Shown here one piece after another: positions 1 through 8,511 of a DNA stretch of 35,117 nucleotides (position 1 is its first letter; each line of letters starts with the position of its first letter). The translations under genes were made by a program, and so were the position numbers. A model generated the notes under the pieces. That model saw only the letters and a list, made by a program, of their open reading frames with translations. It had not been told where the DNA came from and did not search any database. The DNA is from Candidatus Micrarchaeota archaeon (lineage in GTDB: Archaea > Micrarchaeota > Micrarchaeia > Norongarragalinales > WALN01), in assembly GCA_015522865.1 (NCBI GenBank), contig WALN01000064.1, forward strand, positions 1 through 35,117, written 5' to 3'.

Positions 1-1
1 G

Positions 2-595
2 CTTTTGACAGTCGGCTTTGTAGAACGTTTCAACCCAGGTGTTCAGAAATTTATTGAATTGCTTAAAGATGGCAAGCTTGGTAAGCTCTATGCCATTCGC
101 TCCCACAGAAGAGGACCATTCCCCCCGAGAATAAAGGATGTGGGCGTGGTTATAGATTTAGCAGTTCATGATTTAGACATAATTACCCAATGTGACAAAA
201 ATAAAATCGAGAGAATTTACGCTGAAACTGCGAGAAATGTCAACAGTAAATACGAGGATATTTTGTTTGCTCTGATGAGATTTTCTGATGGAGTGATCGC
301 TTCTGTTGATGTTGACTGGCTTTCTCCAAAGAAGATAAGGAATATAGGTGCAATCGGAGAGAGAGGAAGCCTGTGGTTGGATTATATTACGCAGGATTTG
401 TACTATTATCCTCCGAGGAAAAATGGCTCTTTAGTGAGGGAGCATATCGAGCTAAGGGAAGTTGAGCCATTAAAAAACGAACTTTCGCATTTTATTAGTT
501 GTATCACTGATAAAAGACAGCCAGAAGTTACCGCAGAAGAAGGTGTTTTAGTTCTAAAATTGGCTAAAGAAGTTCTGAAGGACGCATATATTTAA
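2..595 (+). CDS. Gfo/Idh/MocA-family sugar oxidoreductase, C-terminal part (5' end lies upstream of the window)
   Basis: The frame is open from the window edge. The translation (..VGFVERFNPGVQKF.., ..DVDWLSPKKIRN.., ..PLKNELSHFISCI..) resembles the C-terminal dimerisation domain of Gfo/Idh/MocA enzymes. TAA stop at 593-595. It sits next to glycan-synthesis genes. Confidence 0.7.
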   Translation, partial: LLTVGFVERFNPGVQKFIELLKDGKLGKLYAIRSHRRGPFPPRIKDVGVVIDLAVHDLDIITQCDKNKIERIYAETARNVNSKYEDILFALMRFSDGVIASVDVDWLSPKKIRNIGAIGERGSLWLDYITQDLYYYPPRKNGSLVREHIELREVEPLKNELSHFISCITDKRQPEVTAEEGVLVLKLAKEVLKDAYI

Positions 596-599
596 AATT
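584..599. repeat. 16-nt direct repeat gcatatatttaaaatt, left copy (overlaps the stop codon of the oxidoreductase gene)
   Basis: Exact 16/16 match to 1190-1205. The two copies bracket the toxin-antitoxin cassette. Confidence 0.85.
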
Positions 600-602
600 G
601 AA

Positions 603-869
603 TTATTTTTTGTATACTCTATCGTGGTGCTCAAAATCTACTAATGTAACTGTTTTTGTATTTTTGTCAACAGAAAAAATTAATACAAAATGTTTGTCTA
701 TGTGTACTCTTTTGAAGCACTGCATTGGAGCCCGCAAATTTTTGTAGTGTTACGGGTCTTGCACAATTTTTTCAACCTTTTTCATGATTGTTTTATATAA
801 TTTTGCGTTCTTTTCGAATAACTTTTTAAGTTTTTTATCTAGAGCTGGTTTGATTTCGAGGCGGTACAC
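603..869 (-). pseudogene. RelE/ParE-superfamily toxin gene interrupted by an in-frame TAA (750-752)
   Basis: Not in the ORF track. The minus-strand frame starting at GTG 869-867, directly after the antitoxin TGA, reads VYRLEIKPALDKKLKKLFEKNAKLYKTIMKKVEKIVQDP-stop-HYKNLRAPMQCFKRVHIDKHFVLIFSVDKNTKTVTLVDFEHHDRVYKK-stop. The length (~87 codons) and pattern fit RelE/YoeB-like toxins encoded downstream of their antitoxin. Confidence 0.6.
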
Positions 870-1112
870 TCATTTCATCTCGTATCGCTTTCTTAGGTTT
901 CCTAAGCTGCCTACTTTAACGGATTTTTCTTTCTTGATTTTCCCTAGTTTTTTGATGTATTCTGGCCTGAGCTGTGGCTCTAAAATCTCCTCTGCATACT
1001 CTTCAGTTACAATATTTATTGCTTCGGATTTATTTTTGAGATCATATTTAGCCTTTACAATATTCAGAATTCTATTTGCTTTTTTATTTATATTAATAAT
1101 TGCCTGCACCAT
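870..1112 (-). CDS. Putative antitoxin (small DNA-binding protein) of the adjacent RelE-like toxin
   Basis: 80 aa, MVQAIININKKANRILNIVKAKYDLKNKSEAINIVTEEY.., typical of small archaeal antitoxins. GGGGG Shine-Dalgarno-like run 5 nt upstream. Its stop abuts the toxin start. The overlapping + strand ORF 784-1125 is low-complexity and was rejected. Confidence 0.6.
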   Translation of the reverse strand: MVQAIININKKANRILNIVKAKYDLKNKSEAINIVTEEYAEEILEPQLRPEYIKKLGKIKKEKSVKVGSLGNLRKRYEMK

Positions 1113-1129
1113 AATAACCCCCTAATATT

Positions 1130-1150
1130 ATATTAATATCATATTAATAA
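1130..1150. promoter_or_regulatory. Tandem palindromic ATATTAATAT / ATATTAATAA elements upstream of the antitoxin (possible operator or TATA region)
   Basis: 1130-1139 is a perfect 10-nt palindrome. A 9/10 copy follows at 1141-1150, 18-40 nt upstream of the antitoxin ATG. Such strings are common in AT-rich DNA, so confidence is low. Confidence 0.25.
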
Positions 1151-1189
1151 ATATTTTCCGCTACACAAATTTCACTATTTTTAGAGAGT

Positions 1190-1205
1190 GCATATATTTA
1201 AAATT
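1190..1205. repeat. 16-nt direct repeat gcatatatttaaaatt, right copy; also a TATA-like element about 26 nt upstream of the ATG at 1224
   Basis: Exact match to 584-599. The TATA-like core atatttaaa and its spacing are consistent with a leaderless or short-leader archaeal transcript. Confidence 0.8.
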
Positions 1206-1223
1206 TAGAAGTGTACGCTATTT

Positions 1224-2204
1224 ATGCATCTGAGTTTTCTTGTGATTTTGGAAGTATTTTTTGCGTTTTTAATTGCTTATTTTTCTGTTCCTGTACTTAT
1301 ACGAAAAGTTAAACAGAGAGGATTTTTGGCCCCCGATATTTACAAACCTAAACACCCCAAAATTCCCGAACTTGGAGGTTTAGCTATTTTTATTGGCTAT
1401 ATTTTACCACTTCTCTTTGTTCTTCCTTTTATCCCATATCTGGACCAATATCACCTACTTGCAGTTATCGCCACTGTAATTTTAGTTGAGCTTATAGGTA
1501 TTATAGATGATATTTTTGCTATACGCCAAAGCGTGAAAGTCATCCTTCCACTTTTCGCTGCGATACCACTTATGGTAACAGAAGCAGGAACAAGTTCAAT
1601 GTTTTTTCCACTTATTGGAACTGTAAATTTTGGAATATTCTATGCTCTAATTTTAATTCCAATCGGCATAACTGCAGCCGCGAACTTAACAAATATGCTC
1701 GCTGGCTTTAATGGGCTGGAAGCAGGCAACGGGTTCATTGCTGTTCTAACTGTTGCAGTTGCAGCATTGTTACTTGGACATATGGAAACAGTAGTTATTC
1801 TTGCCCCGCTTTTAGGTGCTTTGCTCGCTTTCCTCAAATATAATTGGTACCCTGCTAAAATATTTCCTGGAGACTGCGGAACTTTGCTGATTGGGACGGT
1901 AATAGCAAGCGCGGTAATAGTTGGGAATATGGAGCTGGTTGGCGTGCTTTCCCTTTCCCTTTACATTTTTAACTTCCTTTTGTTTATTTTCATAGTTAAC
2001 AAATATTCTCCGAAGTATAAATTTGGAAAAGTTGACAGCAAAGGGTATATTCATCCACCCGCCAAGGAGTATTTTTATTCGCTCTATTTTCTTATAGCCA
2101 AATACAAAAAAGTGAAAGAAAAAGATATCGTAAAAATTATACTGAAACTTCAGTTGCTTGTTTCCCTGGCTGTTGTTTTATGGGTCTGCTCTCTCGTTTG
2201 GTAA
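1224..2204 (+). CDS. Glycosyltransferase family 4: UDP-GlcNAc:dolichyl-phosphate GlcNAc-1-phosphate transferase (AglH/Alg7/MraY-WecA family)
   Basis: Polytopic membrane protein with the IIDD motif and NLTNMLAGFNGLEAG motif characteristic of the family, and WYPAKIFPGD near the C-terminal part. Confidence 0.8.
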   Translation: MHLSFLVILEVFFAFLIAYFSVPVLIRKVKQRGFLAPDIYKPKHPKIPELGGLAIFIGYILPLLFVLPFIPYLDQYHLLAVIATVILVELIGIIDDIFAIRQSVKVILPLFAAIPLMVTEAGTSSMFFPLIGTVNFGIFYALILIPIGITAAANLTNMLAGFNGLEAGNGFIAVLTVAVAALLLGHMETVVILAPLLGALLAFLKYNWYPAKIFPGDCGTLLIGTVIASAVIVGNMELVGVLSLSLYIFNFLLFIFIVNKYSPKYKFGKVDSKGYIHPPAKEYFYSLYFLIAKYKKVKEKDIVKIILKLQLLVSLAVVLWVCSLVW

Positions 2205-2211
2205 TATTATT

Positions 2212-3219
2212 TTAGAGTGTAATAAAAGCTATTGAAAAAATAGCAAATAAGATTTGAATTAGCCATAATGAATATACTATTTGTTTCTCATTTAAGTTGA
2301 AGTATTTCATTAGTACATGGGAAAGCGAATAAATTTTTCCGTTATATTTTAAATTTTTGTTCTTATCCAACCTCCCGAAATTTTCTGCTTGAAATTTACT
2401 TCTTGCCTTTAGAAAAAACTCGATAATTTGGGGCCCCATCAATATTATCGCTGCAACTTCTACATTTGCAATTATTGAAATAGTTCCTATTGCTCCTCCT
2501 ATTAAATATGTGAGCGAGTTACCGCCCAAAATTTTCGCTGGATACCAGTTATAAATTAAGAATCCCAAGCATACTGCAACAAGCGCGGTTGATAATAATG
2601 TTCCTATCTGGGAGCCAGCTATAAAGGAAATTAATGCCATAGTGATGCCCGCGATTATTCCAATACCTACTTCCAAACCATTAAACCCTGCCAGTAAATT
2701 AACTAAATTTGAGGAGGCAACTATCCAGAGCGGAATAAAAATTATTGAATATGCAACACCAAAATTTACTACGCCTAAAAACGGTATTAGAATCAATGTA
2801 GAATGAAAAACAGCAATGAGCGGAAGTGATGCAAACAGTGGAAGAAAAACTCTATAAATTTGCTTCATATGAACAAAATCCTCAACAATACCAATAGTTG
2901 CAATCAGAGTAATTGAAAGAATAGCTGCCAAGTAGTAAATTAGTTCTTCTTTTGCTATAAAACTCATAATAATTAAAGCCGTTACAAGAAGAGAGAAGGT
3001 CACTGCTATACCTCCTCCGTTCACCACTCTGTATTTAGCAAATTTTTCCGAATATTCTTCTTTCAGTTTCTTTATCTCTCTCAATGAGAGCTTTTGTGGA
3101 ACTTTGTTTAAATCCACTATGAAAAATTTTCTTTTTTCAAAAGCAGCCAAAACAGCAAAGGTTGAAAATAAAGAAAGTAAAAAAGCAAATAAAAAAATTC
3201 CACAAAGCACTAAACACAT
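2212..3219 (-). CDS. Second glycosyltransferase family 4 GlcNAc-1-P transferase paralog
   Basis: Has VEDF, NLVNLLAGFNGLEVG and WYPAKILGGN motifs parallel to the neighbouring paralog. Convergent with 1224-2204, with only 7 nt between the stops. Confidence 0.8.
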   Translation of the reverse strand: MCLVLCGIFLFAFLLSLFSTFAVLAAFEKRKFFIVDLNKVPQKLSLREIKKLKEEYSEKFAKYRVVNGGGIAVTFSLLVTALIIMSFIAKEELIYYLAAILSITLIATIGIVEDFVHMKQIYRVFLPLFASLPLIAVFHSTLILIPFLGVVNFGVAYSIIFIPLWIVASSNLVNLLAGFNGLEVGIGIIAGITMALISFIAGSQIGTLLSTALVAVCLGFLIYNWYPAKILGGNSLTYLIGGAIGTISIIANVEVAAIILMGPQIIEFFLKARSKFQAENFGRLDKNKNLKYNGKIYSLSHVLMKYFNLNEKQIVYSLWLIQILFAIFSIAFITL

Positions 3220-3236
3220 ACCTCAATTTGTAGTTT

Positions 3237-3248
3237 TATATTTAAAAT
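3237..3248 (+). promoter_or_regulatory. TATA-like box tatatttaaaat upstream of the flippase gene
   Basis: Same atatttaaaat core as at 1194-1204, located about 20-30 nt upstream of the ATG at 3267. Confidence 0.3.
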
Positions 3249-3266
3249 CCTGTCCCTAATTACTTT

Positions 3267-4742
3267 ATGTCATTTAAAAAATTCCTAGAACGTACCGGAG
3301 CAGTCACTTTGTTAAATGTTCTTATGCAGCTTAGAGGTTTGCTCTACTTGCCTGTTCTCTCAAAAATATGGGGGACTTTCTATTACGGAGTTTGGTCGCA
3401 GGTGACTGTTACACTCGGGGTTTTTCTTCCATTTGTTGCGCTTGGAATTCCAACTGCGATGAACAGATTTTTACCAATTAAAAAAGGAAGAGAATTAAGC
3501 AAGGGATTTTATTCTGCTTTTCTAGTAATGTTTCTGAGTTCTATTTTTGTCGGGGCATTGATTTTAATTTTTTCTTCCTCCCTTGCGGCTTATTTCTTTG
3601 GAGGGGCGGCTCAGGCAGTTGTTGTAAAAATAATTACGCTTTTGTTGGCTTCGCTTGTACTCAATCATTCTATTGCCGCTCTATTGCAAGCAAAAAGGAG
3701 GATTAAGTTGTATACCTCCATATCCACAGTTCAGCTGATTATTGAAACTGTTGGTGTAATAGCGATGGTTTTGTTTAATTTTGCAATTGTTCCAGTTCTG
3801 CTCTTCTTAGTTGCAACTAAGATTGTTATTTTTGCTGCTGTTTGGCTCTTCTGGGTCCTCCCAGAAATTGGTATTTCCTACCCGCAATTCTCAATAATGA
3901 AAAAATATCTGAAATTTGGCGTTCCAACTATTTTTGCAGGTTTTGGCTATTGGCTACTAAATGTTGGAGACAGGTACGTTATCGCTTTCTTTAAGGGAGC
4001 CTCTGATGTTGGGATTTATTCTGTGGCTTATAAAACCGGTGCTATTTTACTGCTTGTGATATACGCAATTTACTTTGTATTATTTCCAACTCTTTCGAAG
4101 CTTAGAGATGAAAAACAGTTTAACGAAATAAAAAAATATGTTGCGAGAATATTCAAGCTCTTTATTATATTTTCTCTGCCTGCATTCTTTGGTTTGTTGG
4201 CTCTTTCTCATCCAATTATACGCTCAATCTCAACGATAGAATTTGCATCCAAGAGCGGTCTTGTCGCTCCGATAGTATCGCTCGGTATTCTATTTTATGG
4301 AATATTTTTGTTGTATGCGCTTGTTATTTTAGCTGAAAACAAAACAAAATTGTATGCAAAAATATTGCTTTTGGGCGCTGCAATTAATTTAATCTTAAAT
4401 CTTTGGCTTGTCCCAATTTACGGAATTGAAGCTGCCGCCTGGACTACTTTATTCTCATTTCTCCTTATTGCCATATTGGCCTATTACTTTGCTCCAAATT
4501 ACTGCAAAACGAAGATGAAATTTGTTTATATGCTTAAATCATTTATTGCGTCTTTGTTGATGTACTTTGCAATTTCTTTGTTTAATTTGCAGTATGTAAG
4601 ATGGTATGGCGTGTTGGCAGTAGTTGCTCTTGGGGCATTAGTATATTTGTTTTTCGTATGGCTGCTCAGAGTTTTTGACAAGAAAGAGCAGCAATTTATT
4701 TTTTCTCTTTTAGCTGCAATTACCTCTAAATTTTCCAGATAG
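3267..4742 (+). CDS. Polysaccharide/oligosaccharide flippase (MOP superfamily, Wzx/RfbX-like)
   Basis: 491 aa with about 12-14 predicted TM helices and the typical N-terminal LLNVLMQLRGLLYLPVLSK segment. Lies next to the GT4 genes. Confidence 0.7.
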   Translation: MSFKKFLERTGAVTLLNVLMQLRGLLYLPVLSKIWGTFYYGVWSQVTVTLGVFLPFVALGIPTAMNRFLPIKKGRELSKGFYSAFLVMFLSSIFVGALILIFSSSLAAYFFGGAAQAVVVKIITLLLASLVLNHSIAALLQAKRRIKLYTSISTVQLIIETVGVIAMVLFNFAIVPVLLFLVATKIVIFAAVWLFWVLPEIGISYPQFSIMKKYLKFGVPTIFAGFGYWLLNVGDRYVIAFFKGASDVGIYSVAYKTGAILLLVIYAIYFVLFPTLSKLRDEKQFNEIKKYVARIFKLFIIFSLPAFFGLLALSHPIIRSISTIEFASKSGLVAPIVSLGILFYGIFLLYALVILAENKTKLYAKILLLGAAINLILNLWLVPIYGIEAAAWTTLFSFLLIAILAYYFAPNYCKTKMKFVYMLKSFIASLLMYFAISLFNLQYVRWYGVLAVVALGALVYLFFVWLLRVFDKKEQQFIFSLLAAITSKFSR

Positions 4743-4790
4743 CTCATTTTATTTAACAATTTAGTTTTGTGGTCTATATTTTAATAGCGT

Positions 4791-4979
4791 CTAAGCTTTC
4801 AGTAAAATACATACAACAAATCCAGCAAGAAAAGCGAGAATTATCCATGTCCAATTTATGCCTGCGTTTCTATACGCTCCAAGTCCCTGCCTCTGCGCAG
4901 GTGGCTCTGACTCTTCTCCATATTTCGCTTTATGTGTTTCTATCCTTTCCTCTTCAGTCTTTGGCACTCCGTACGGCAT
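4791..4979 (-). CDS. Small tail-anchored membrane protein (hypothetical)
   Basis: 62 aa with a charged N-terminal half and a single C-terminal TM (WTWIILAFLAGFVVCILL). Its composition is more protein-like than the overlapping + strand ORF. No clear RBS. Confidence 0.3.
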   Translation of the reverse strand: MPYGVPKTEEERIETHKAKYGEESEPPAQRQGLGAYRNAGINWTWIILAFLAGFVVCILLKA

Positions 4980-5078
4980 ATAGCTATTTGCTTTTTGCTG
5001 TTTTTATTTCTATCTTTTTTTATCTATATTTATGAAAGCTGAATAAACATATTTTAACTATTATTGCTTAATGTTTCT

Positions 5079-6353
5079 ATGTTGCTCATAAAAAATGCGA
5101 CAATTATAACGCAGAACTCAAAGCGCCAAATCCTCAGAGATTATGATGTTCTGATTGAAAAGAACAAAATAGCAAAAATCGGCAGAGGTCTGCGCGCGCC
5201 GAGTGCGGAAACAATAGATGCTCATAGAAAAGTAGTTTTGCCCTCGTTTGTCAATACGCACACGCATATAGCAATGGCAATTTTGAGGGGCTATGCAGAT
5301 GATTTGAAATTGAAAGAGTGGCTGGAAAAGGAAATATGGCCGATGGAAGCTCAGATGAAAAAAGAGGATATTTACTGGGGCTCAATGCTCGGAATTGCCG
5401 AACTGATTCACTCAGGCATTTCCGCCTTTTTGGATATGTATTTCTTTCCGGAGGCTACTGCAAAGGCAGTTGAAGAAAGCGGTTTGAGAGCGAATATATC
5501 CTTTGTTATGCTTGACGAAGATTTGAGCAATCCTAAAGATTACAATTTTAAAGTACCCGAATGGAAAAGCGAGAGAGTAGATTATTCAATAGGCCCGCAC
5601 GCCCCTTATTCTGTTTCAGAAAAAAATTTAATATACGCAAGAAAATTTTCAAAAGAGCATAATGTATTGGTTCACACACATCTCAGTGAGACAGAAGAGG
5701 AGGTGAGAGAGATAAAAAAAAGAACTGGCAAATCTCCAGTTGAGTATCTGCGCTCTCTTGGTCTGCTTGGTAAAAACACAGTAGCAGCACATTGCGTTCA
5801 TTTATCCAAAAATGATATTAAGCTGCTAAAAGAGACGCAGACAAATGTTTCGCATAATCCAACAAGCAATTTGAAGCTTGCTTCTGGCATTTCGCCAGTC
5901 CAGCAATTGCTGAACAGTAATATAAACGTCTCGCTTGGGACTGATGGCGCAGCTTCAAACAACTCGCTTTCAATTATTTATGAGGCAAAATTGGCTGCCC
6001 TTTTGCAAAAATATTTGACAAATGACCCAACTGCGCTAAATGCGCAAAAAGCGCTGGACATGGCGACATTAAACGGAGCAAAGGCCCTGCGATTTAACGC
6101 TGGTTCTATTGAGGAAGGAAAGCTGGCTGATTTAGTTCTGCTGGATTTGAAAAATTCCAGGATGAACCCAGAATATAATTTAGTTTCTAACATTATTTAC
6201 TCTTCAAATTCCTCATGCGTTTCAGACTTGATAGTTAATGGAAAACTAGTGATGAAAGATGGAAAAATACTGACTTTTGATGAGAGAAAGGTTGTTGGGA
6301 GGGCGCAGGAAGTTGCCGAAAACCTGAAGAAAAGAGCAGAGGTGAAAAAATGA
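5079..6353 (+). CDS. mtaD: 5-methylthioadenosine/S-adenosylhomocysteine deaminase-type amidohydrolase
   Basis: Metal-dependent amidohydrolase motifs NTHTHIAM, HLSETEEE, HCVHL and GTDGAASNN. Start moved to the first ATG (MLLIKNATII); the track start at 5064 is a TTG. Confidence 0.85.
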   Translation: MLLIKNATIITQNSKRQILRDYDVLIEKNKIAKIGRGLRAPSAETIDAHRKVVLPSFVNTHTHIAMAILRGYADDLKLKEWLEKEIWPMEAQMKKEDIYWGSMLGIAELIHSGISAFLDMYFFPEATAKAVEESGLRANISFVMLDEDLSNPKDYNFKVPEWKSERVDYSIGPHAPYSVSEKNLIYARKFSKEHNVLVHTHLSETEEEVREIKKRTGKSPVEYLRSLGLLGKNTVAAHCVHLSKNDIKLLKETQTNVSHNPTSNLKLASGISPVQQLLNSNINVSLGTDGAASNNSLSIIYEAKLAALLQKYLTNDPTALNAQKALDMATLNGAKALRFNAGSIEEGKLADLVLLDLKNSRMNPEYNLVSNIIYSSNSSCVSDLIVNGKLVMKDGKILTFDERKVVGRAQEVAENLKKRAEVKK

Positions 6354-7057
6354 AAATAGCTGTGATAGGCGGAAGCGGCTTGTACTCGCTTTTGAAAAAT
6401 GCTGAAACAAAAATGGTTGCAACAAAGTATGGAAAGGCGAAGGTGCACTGCGGAAAGATAGGAAAAAATGAAGTGTTTTTTGTTGCCCGGCATGGCGAAA
6501 AACACACTCTGCCGCCGCACAGAGTAAATTATAAAGCGAACATCTCGGCACTTAAAAAATTGGGCGTAGAAAAAATTATAGCAACTGCTGCGTGCGGTGC
6601 GATTTCAAAATATGCGCCAGGGGATTTAGTTATCGCCGAGGACATGATCGGTTTTTTTGCTCCAATAACTTTTTTTGATGGCAAAGTAGTTCATACTGAT
6701 TTTTCGCATCCCTATTCTCAAAAATTGAACAAGGTGTTGATTGAAGCGGCAAAGAGAAATAAAATTAATATGAAAAGAGGAGGAATTATAGCGACTATGC
6801 GCGGACCTAGATTTGAGACGCCTGCCGAAATCAGAGCGTTGAAATCAATGGGGGCAAATCTCGTTAATATGACAAATGCATATGAATGTGTTCTTTCGCG
6901 AGAGGTTGGGATAGAATACTCTACTTTAATAGTTGTCACAAATTATGCTGCAGGCATCTCCAAGCGCCCACTTTCGCATAAAGAGACTATAGAAATGGTA
7001 AAAAAGAAGGAGCACGACCTTCTGGCACTAATAAAGAGCGCCTGTTCTGTCCTTTAA
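6350..7057 (+). CDS. mtnP: Methylthioadenosine/purine nucleoside phosphorylase (PNP/MTAP family)
   Basis: MKIAVIGGSGLY N-terminus, ARHG..H and RGPRFETPAE..MGANLVNMT motifs. ATGA start/stop overlap with the deaminase gene. Confidence 0.85.
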   Translation: MKIAVIGGSGLYSLLKNAETKMVATKYGKAKVHCGKIGKNEVFFVARHGEKHTLPPHRVNYKANISALKKLGVEKIIATAACGAISKYAPGDLVIAEDMIGFFAPITFFDGKVVHTDFSHPYSQKLNKVLIEAAKRNKINMKRGGIIATMRGPRFETPAEIRALKSMGANLVNMTNAYECVLSREVGIEYSTLIVVTNYAAGISKRPLSHKETIEMVKKKEHDLLALIKSACSVL

Positions 7058-7108
7058 TTCTAAATGCTTGGAAAAACAATTATAAATGCTTGAACAGCTT
7101 ATTCCTTT

Positions 7109-7693
7109 ATGGGCACTAACAATCCAGAGAGCGGACCTGAGGTAGATGGAAATAAAAAAATTTTTATCGCTGTATTTGCTATTGTTGTAATTATTGTGGC
7201 TGCACTTTCAGCGCTGTACCTGTCCGGAGTTTTCGGGACAAAGGGAAAAGAAGTGAGCGCCACACCTCCGGGTGTCTCTGCGCATGCGACCTCAGAAGCG
7301 ACGGCAACTCCAGTAGCACTTACAGAAAAAGAACAAACATTGAAATCAGAAATTGAGCTGATGCTGCAGCAAGAATTTCCTTTACTAACTTTTGAAGGTT
7401 ATAAAAAAATATTAGAGTATACTCAGTTAAATTACTCTGCCGAAGAAAACATGTCAAAAGAAGAGTTTATGAAAATTGAAGGCTCCTTAGCTAAAGTTTT
7501 ACGAAATAGTGGATATCAGATTAAGTCTACTTTTTCTGTCGGGCAGGGGACTATGCAGATAGGGGGCAAAAGCATCTCAACACCAGCACAAATACAGATA
7601 GACTCTATTAAGCAAGGCTCTGAAATAATTTTTAAAATAGAGAAAATGGACAAAAAAATAAAAGTCGAAATTCAGATAGCTCCAATCAAATAG
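7109..7693 (+). CDS. Membrane-anchored hypothetical protein (N-terminal TM, Ser/Thr/Ala-rich linker, extracytoplasmic domain)
   Basis: ORF with a TM segment IFIAVFAIVVIIVAALSALYL followed by a low-complexity linker. I recognise no family. Confidence 0.45.
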   Translation: MGTNNPESGPEVDGNKKIFIAVFAIVVIIVAALSALYLSGVFGTKGKEVSATPPGVSAHATSEATATPVALTEKEQTLKSEIELMLQQEFPLLTFEGYKKILEYTQLNYSAEENMSKEEFMKIEGSLAKVLRNSGYQIKSTFSVGQGTMQIGGKSISTPAQIQIDSIKQGSEIIFKIEKMDKKIKVEIQIAPIK

Positions 7694-7787
7694 GTTTACT
7701 GTTCGCATGTAAATGTTTTTAGAGTAGGGAAATATCAACCCCCTAAAACATGAAAATGTTTAAATAATTCGGGAGAGAAATTAGTTT

Positions 7788-8507
7788 ATGAAATTGCGCT
7801 ATGGGAGTATTATTGACTTCAGCGACAAAGATTTTCCAGACCACGCTGCTTCTATCCTTCTGCTAGGCGGCTGCCCATTTAGATGTCCCTATTGCTATGT
7901 TCCTCTGCTTCTCAGTGATGAACACTGTGATGAAAAATCAATTGATTATTTTGTGGAGCATTTCAGGAAGCACAGCGATGAGATTGAGGGGGTGGTCATT
8001 TCTGGGGGGGAACCATTACAACAGGCGAATGCAGTTATTGAGCTATCAAAGCGCCTGAAAGAGCAGGGGCTCTTGGTGAAAATAGAAACAAACGGCTTTT
8101 ATGCTGGAGAGCTTAGCACTTTGTTGAAATATGTTGATTATGTAGCTATTGATGTAAAAACAAAACTGGAAGCCGATGCGTACAAACAAATTACCGGCTA
8201 TGACGGAGATAAAAATTTGTTAATTGCAAGAGTTTTACAGTCCCTTGCATTTTTACAAAGGTCACCGGTAACAGTTGAAGTGCGCACCACAATAGTGCCC
8301 ACTTTAAATGATTCTCCAGAAATTGTCAGGAATATAGCAAAGCATATTAAATGGGCAGATCTGTATGTGTTGCAACAATTCAGAACAGATTTAGCACTAG
8401 TTGACCCCGAACTGAGGAAAGTTGGGCAGACAACTAAGAAGAAACTAAAGGAACTCGCCTCTGTTGCAAAAAAATATGTTGATAAAGTTGAGATCAGGAC
8501 CAAGTGA
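7788..8507 (+). CDS. Radical SAM activating enzyme (anaerobic ribonucleotide reductase activase NrdG-like)
   Basis: CPFRCPYC (CxxxCxxC) cluster motif after GG, and a VVISGGEPL SAM-binding motif. The ~240 aa size is typical of archaeal NrdG-like activases. Confidence 0.75.
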   Translation: MKLRYGSIIDFSDKDFPDHAASILLLGGCPFRCPYCYVPLLLSDEHCDEKSIDYFVEHFRKHSDEIEGVVISGGEPLQQANAVIELSKRLKEQGLLVKIETNGFYAGELSTLLKYVDYVAIDVKTKLEADAYKQITGYDGDKNLLIARVLQSLAFLQRSPVTVEVRTTIVPTLNDSPEIVRNIAKHIKWADLYVLQQFRTDLALVDPELRKVGQTTKKKLKELASVAKKYVDKVEIRTK

Positions 8508-8511
8508 TAAA

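Noticed and set aside
750-752. In-frame TAA in the toxin gene as evidence of stop-codon reassignment
   Set aside because: TAA clearly terminates many well-conserved genes in this window at their expected ends (for example the oxidoreductase at 593-595, GT4 at 2202-2204 and gap at 14867-14869). Genome-wide recoding is therefore not supported.
784-1125. 113-aa plus-strand ORF overlapping the antitoxin gene
   Set aside because: It is hydrophobic and low-complexity with no RBS. The opposite-strand antitoxin has a family-like sequence, an SD site and a cognate toxin frame downstream.
4769-5035. 88-aa plus-strand ORF in the flippase/mtaD intergenic region
   Set aside because: It overlaps the more protein-like minus-strand small ORF (4791-4979) and has a low-complexity hydrophobic translation with no RBS. 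Even the minus-strand ORF is kept only at low confidence.
6197-6551. Three overlapping minus-strand ORFs (90-107 aa) across the mtaD/mtnP junction
   Set aside because: They are antisense to two strongly supported enzymes, and their translations are compositionally odd (F/S/C-rich) with no motifs.
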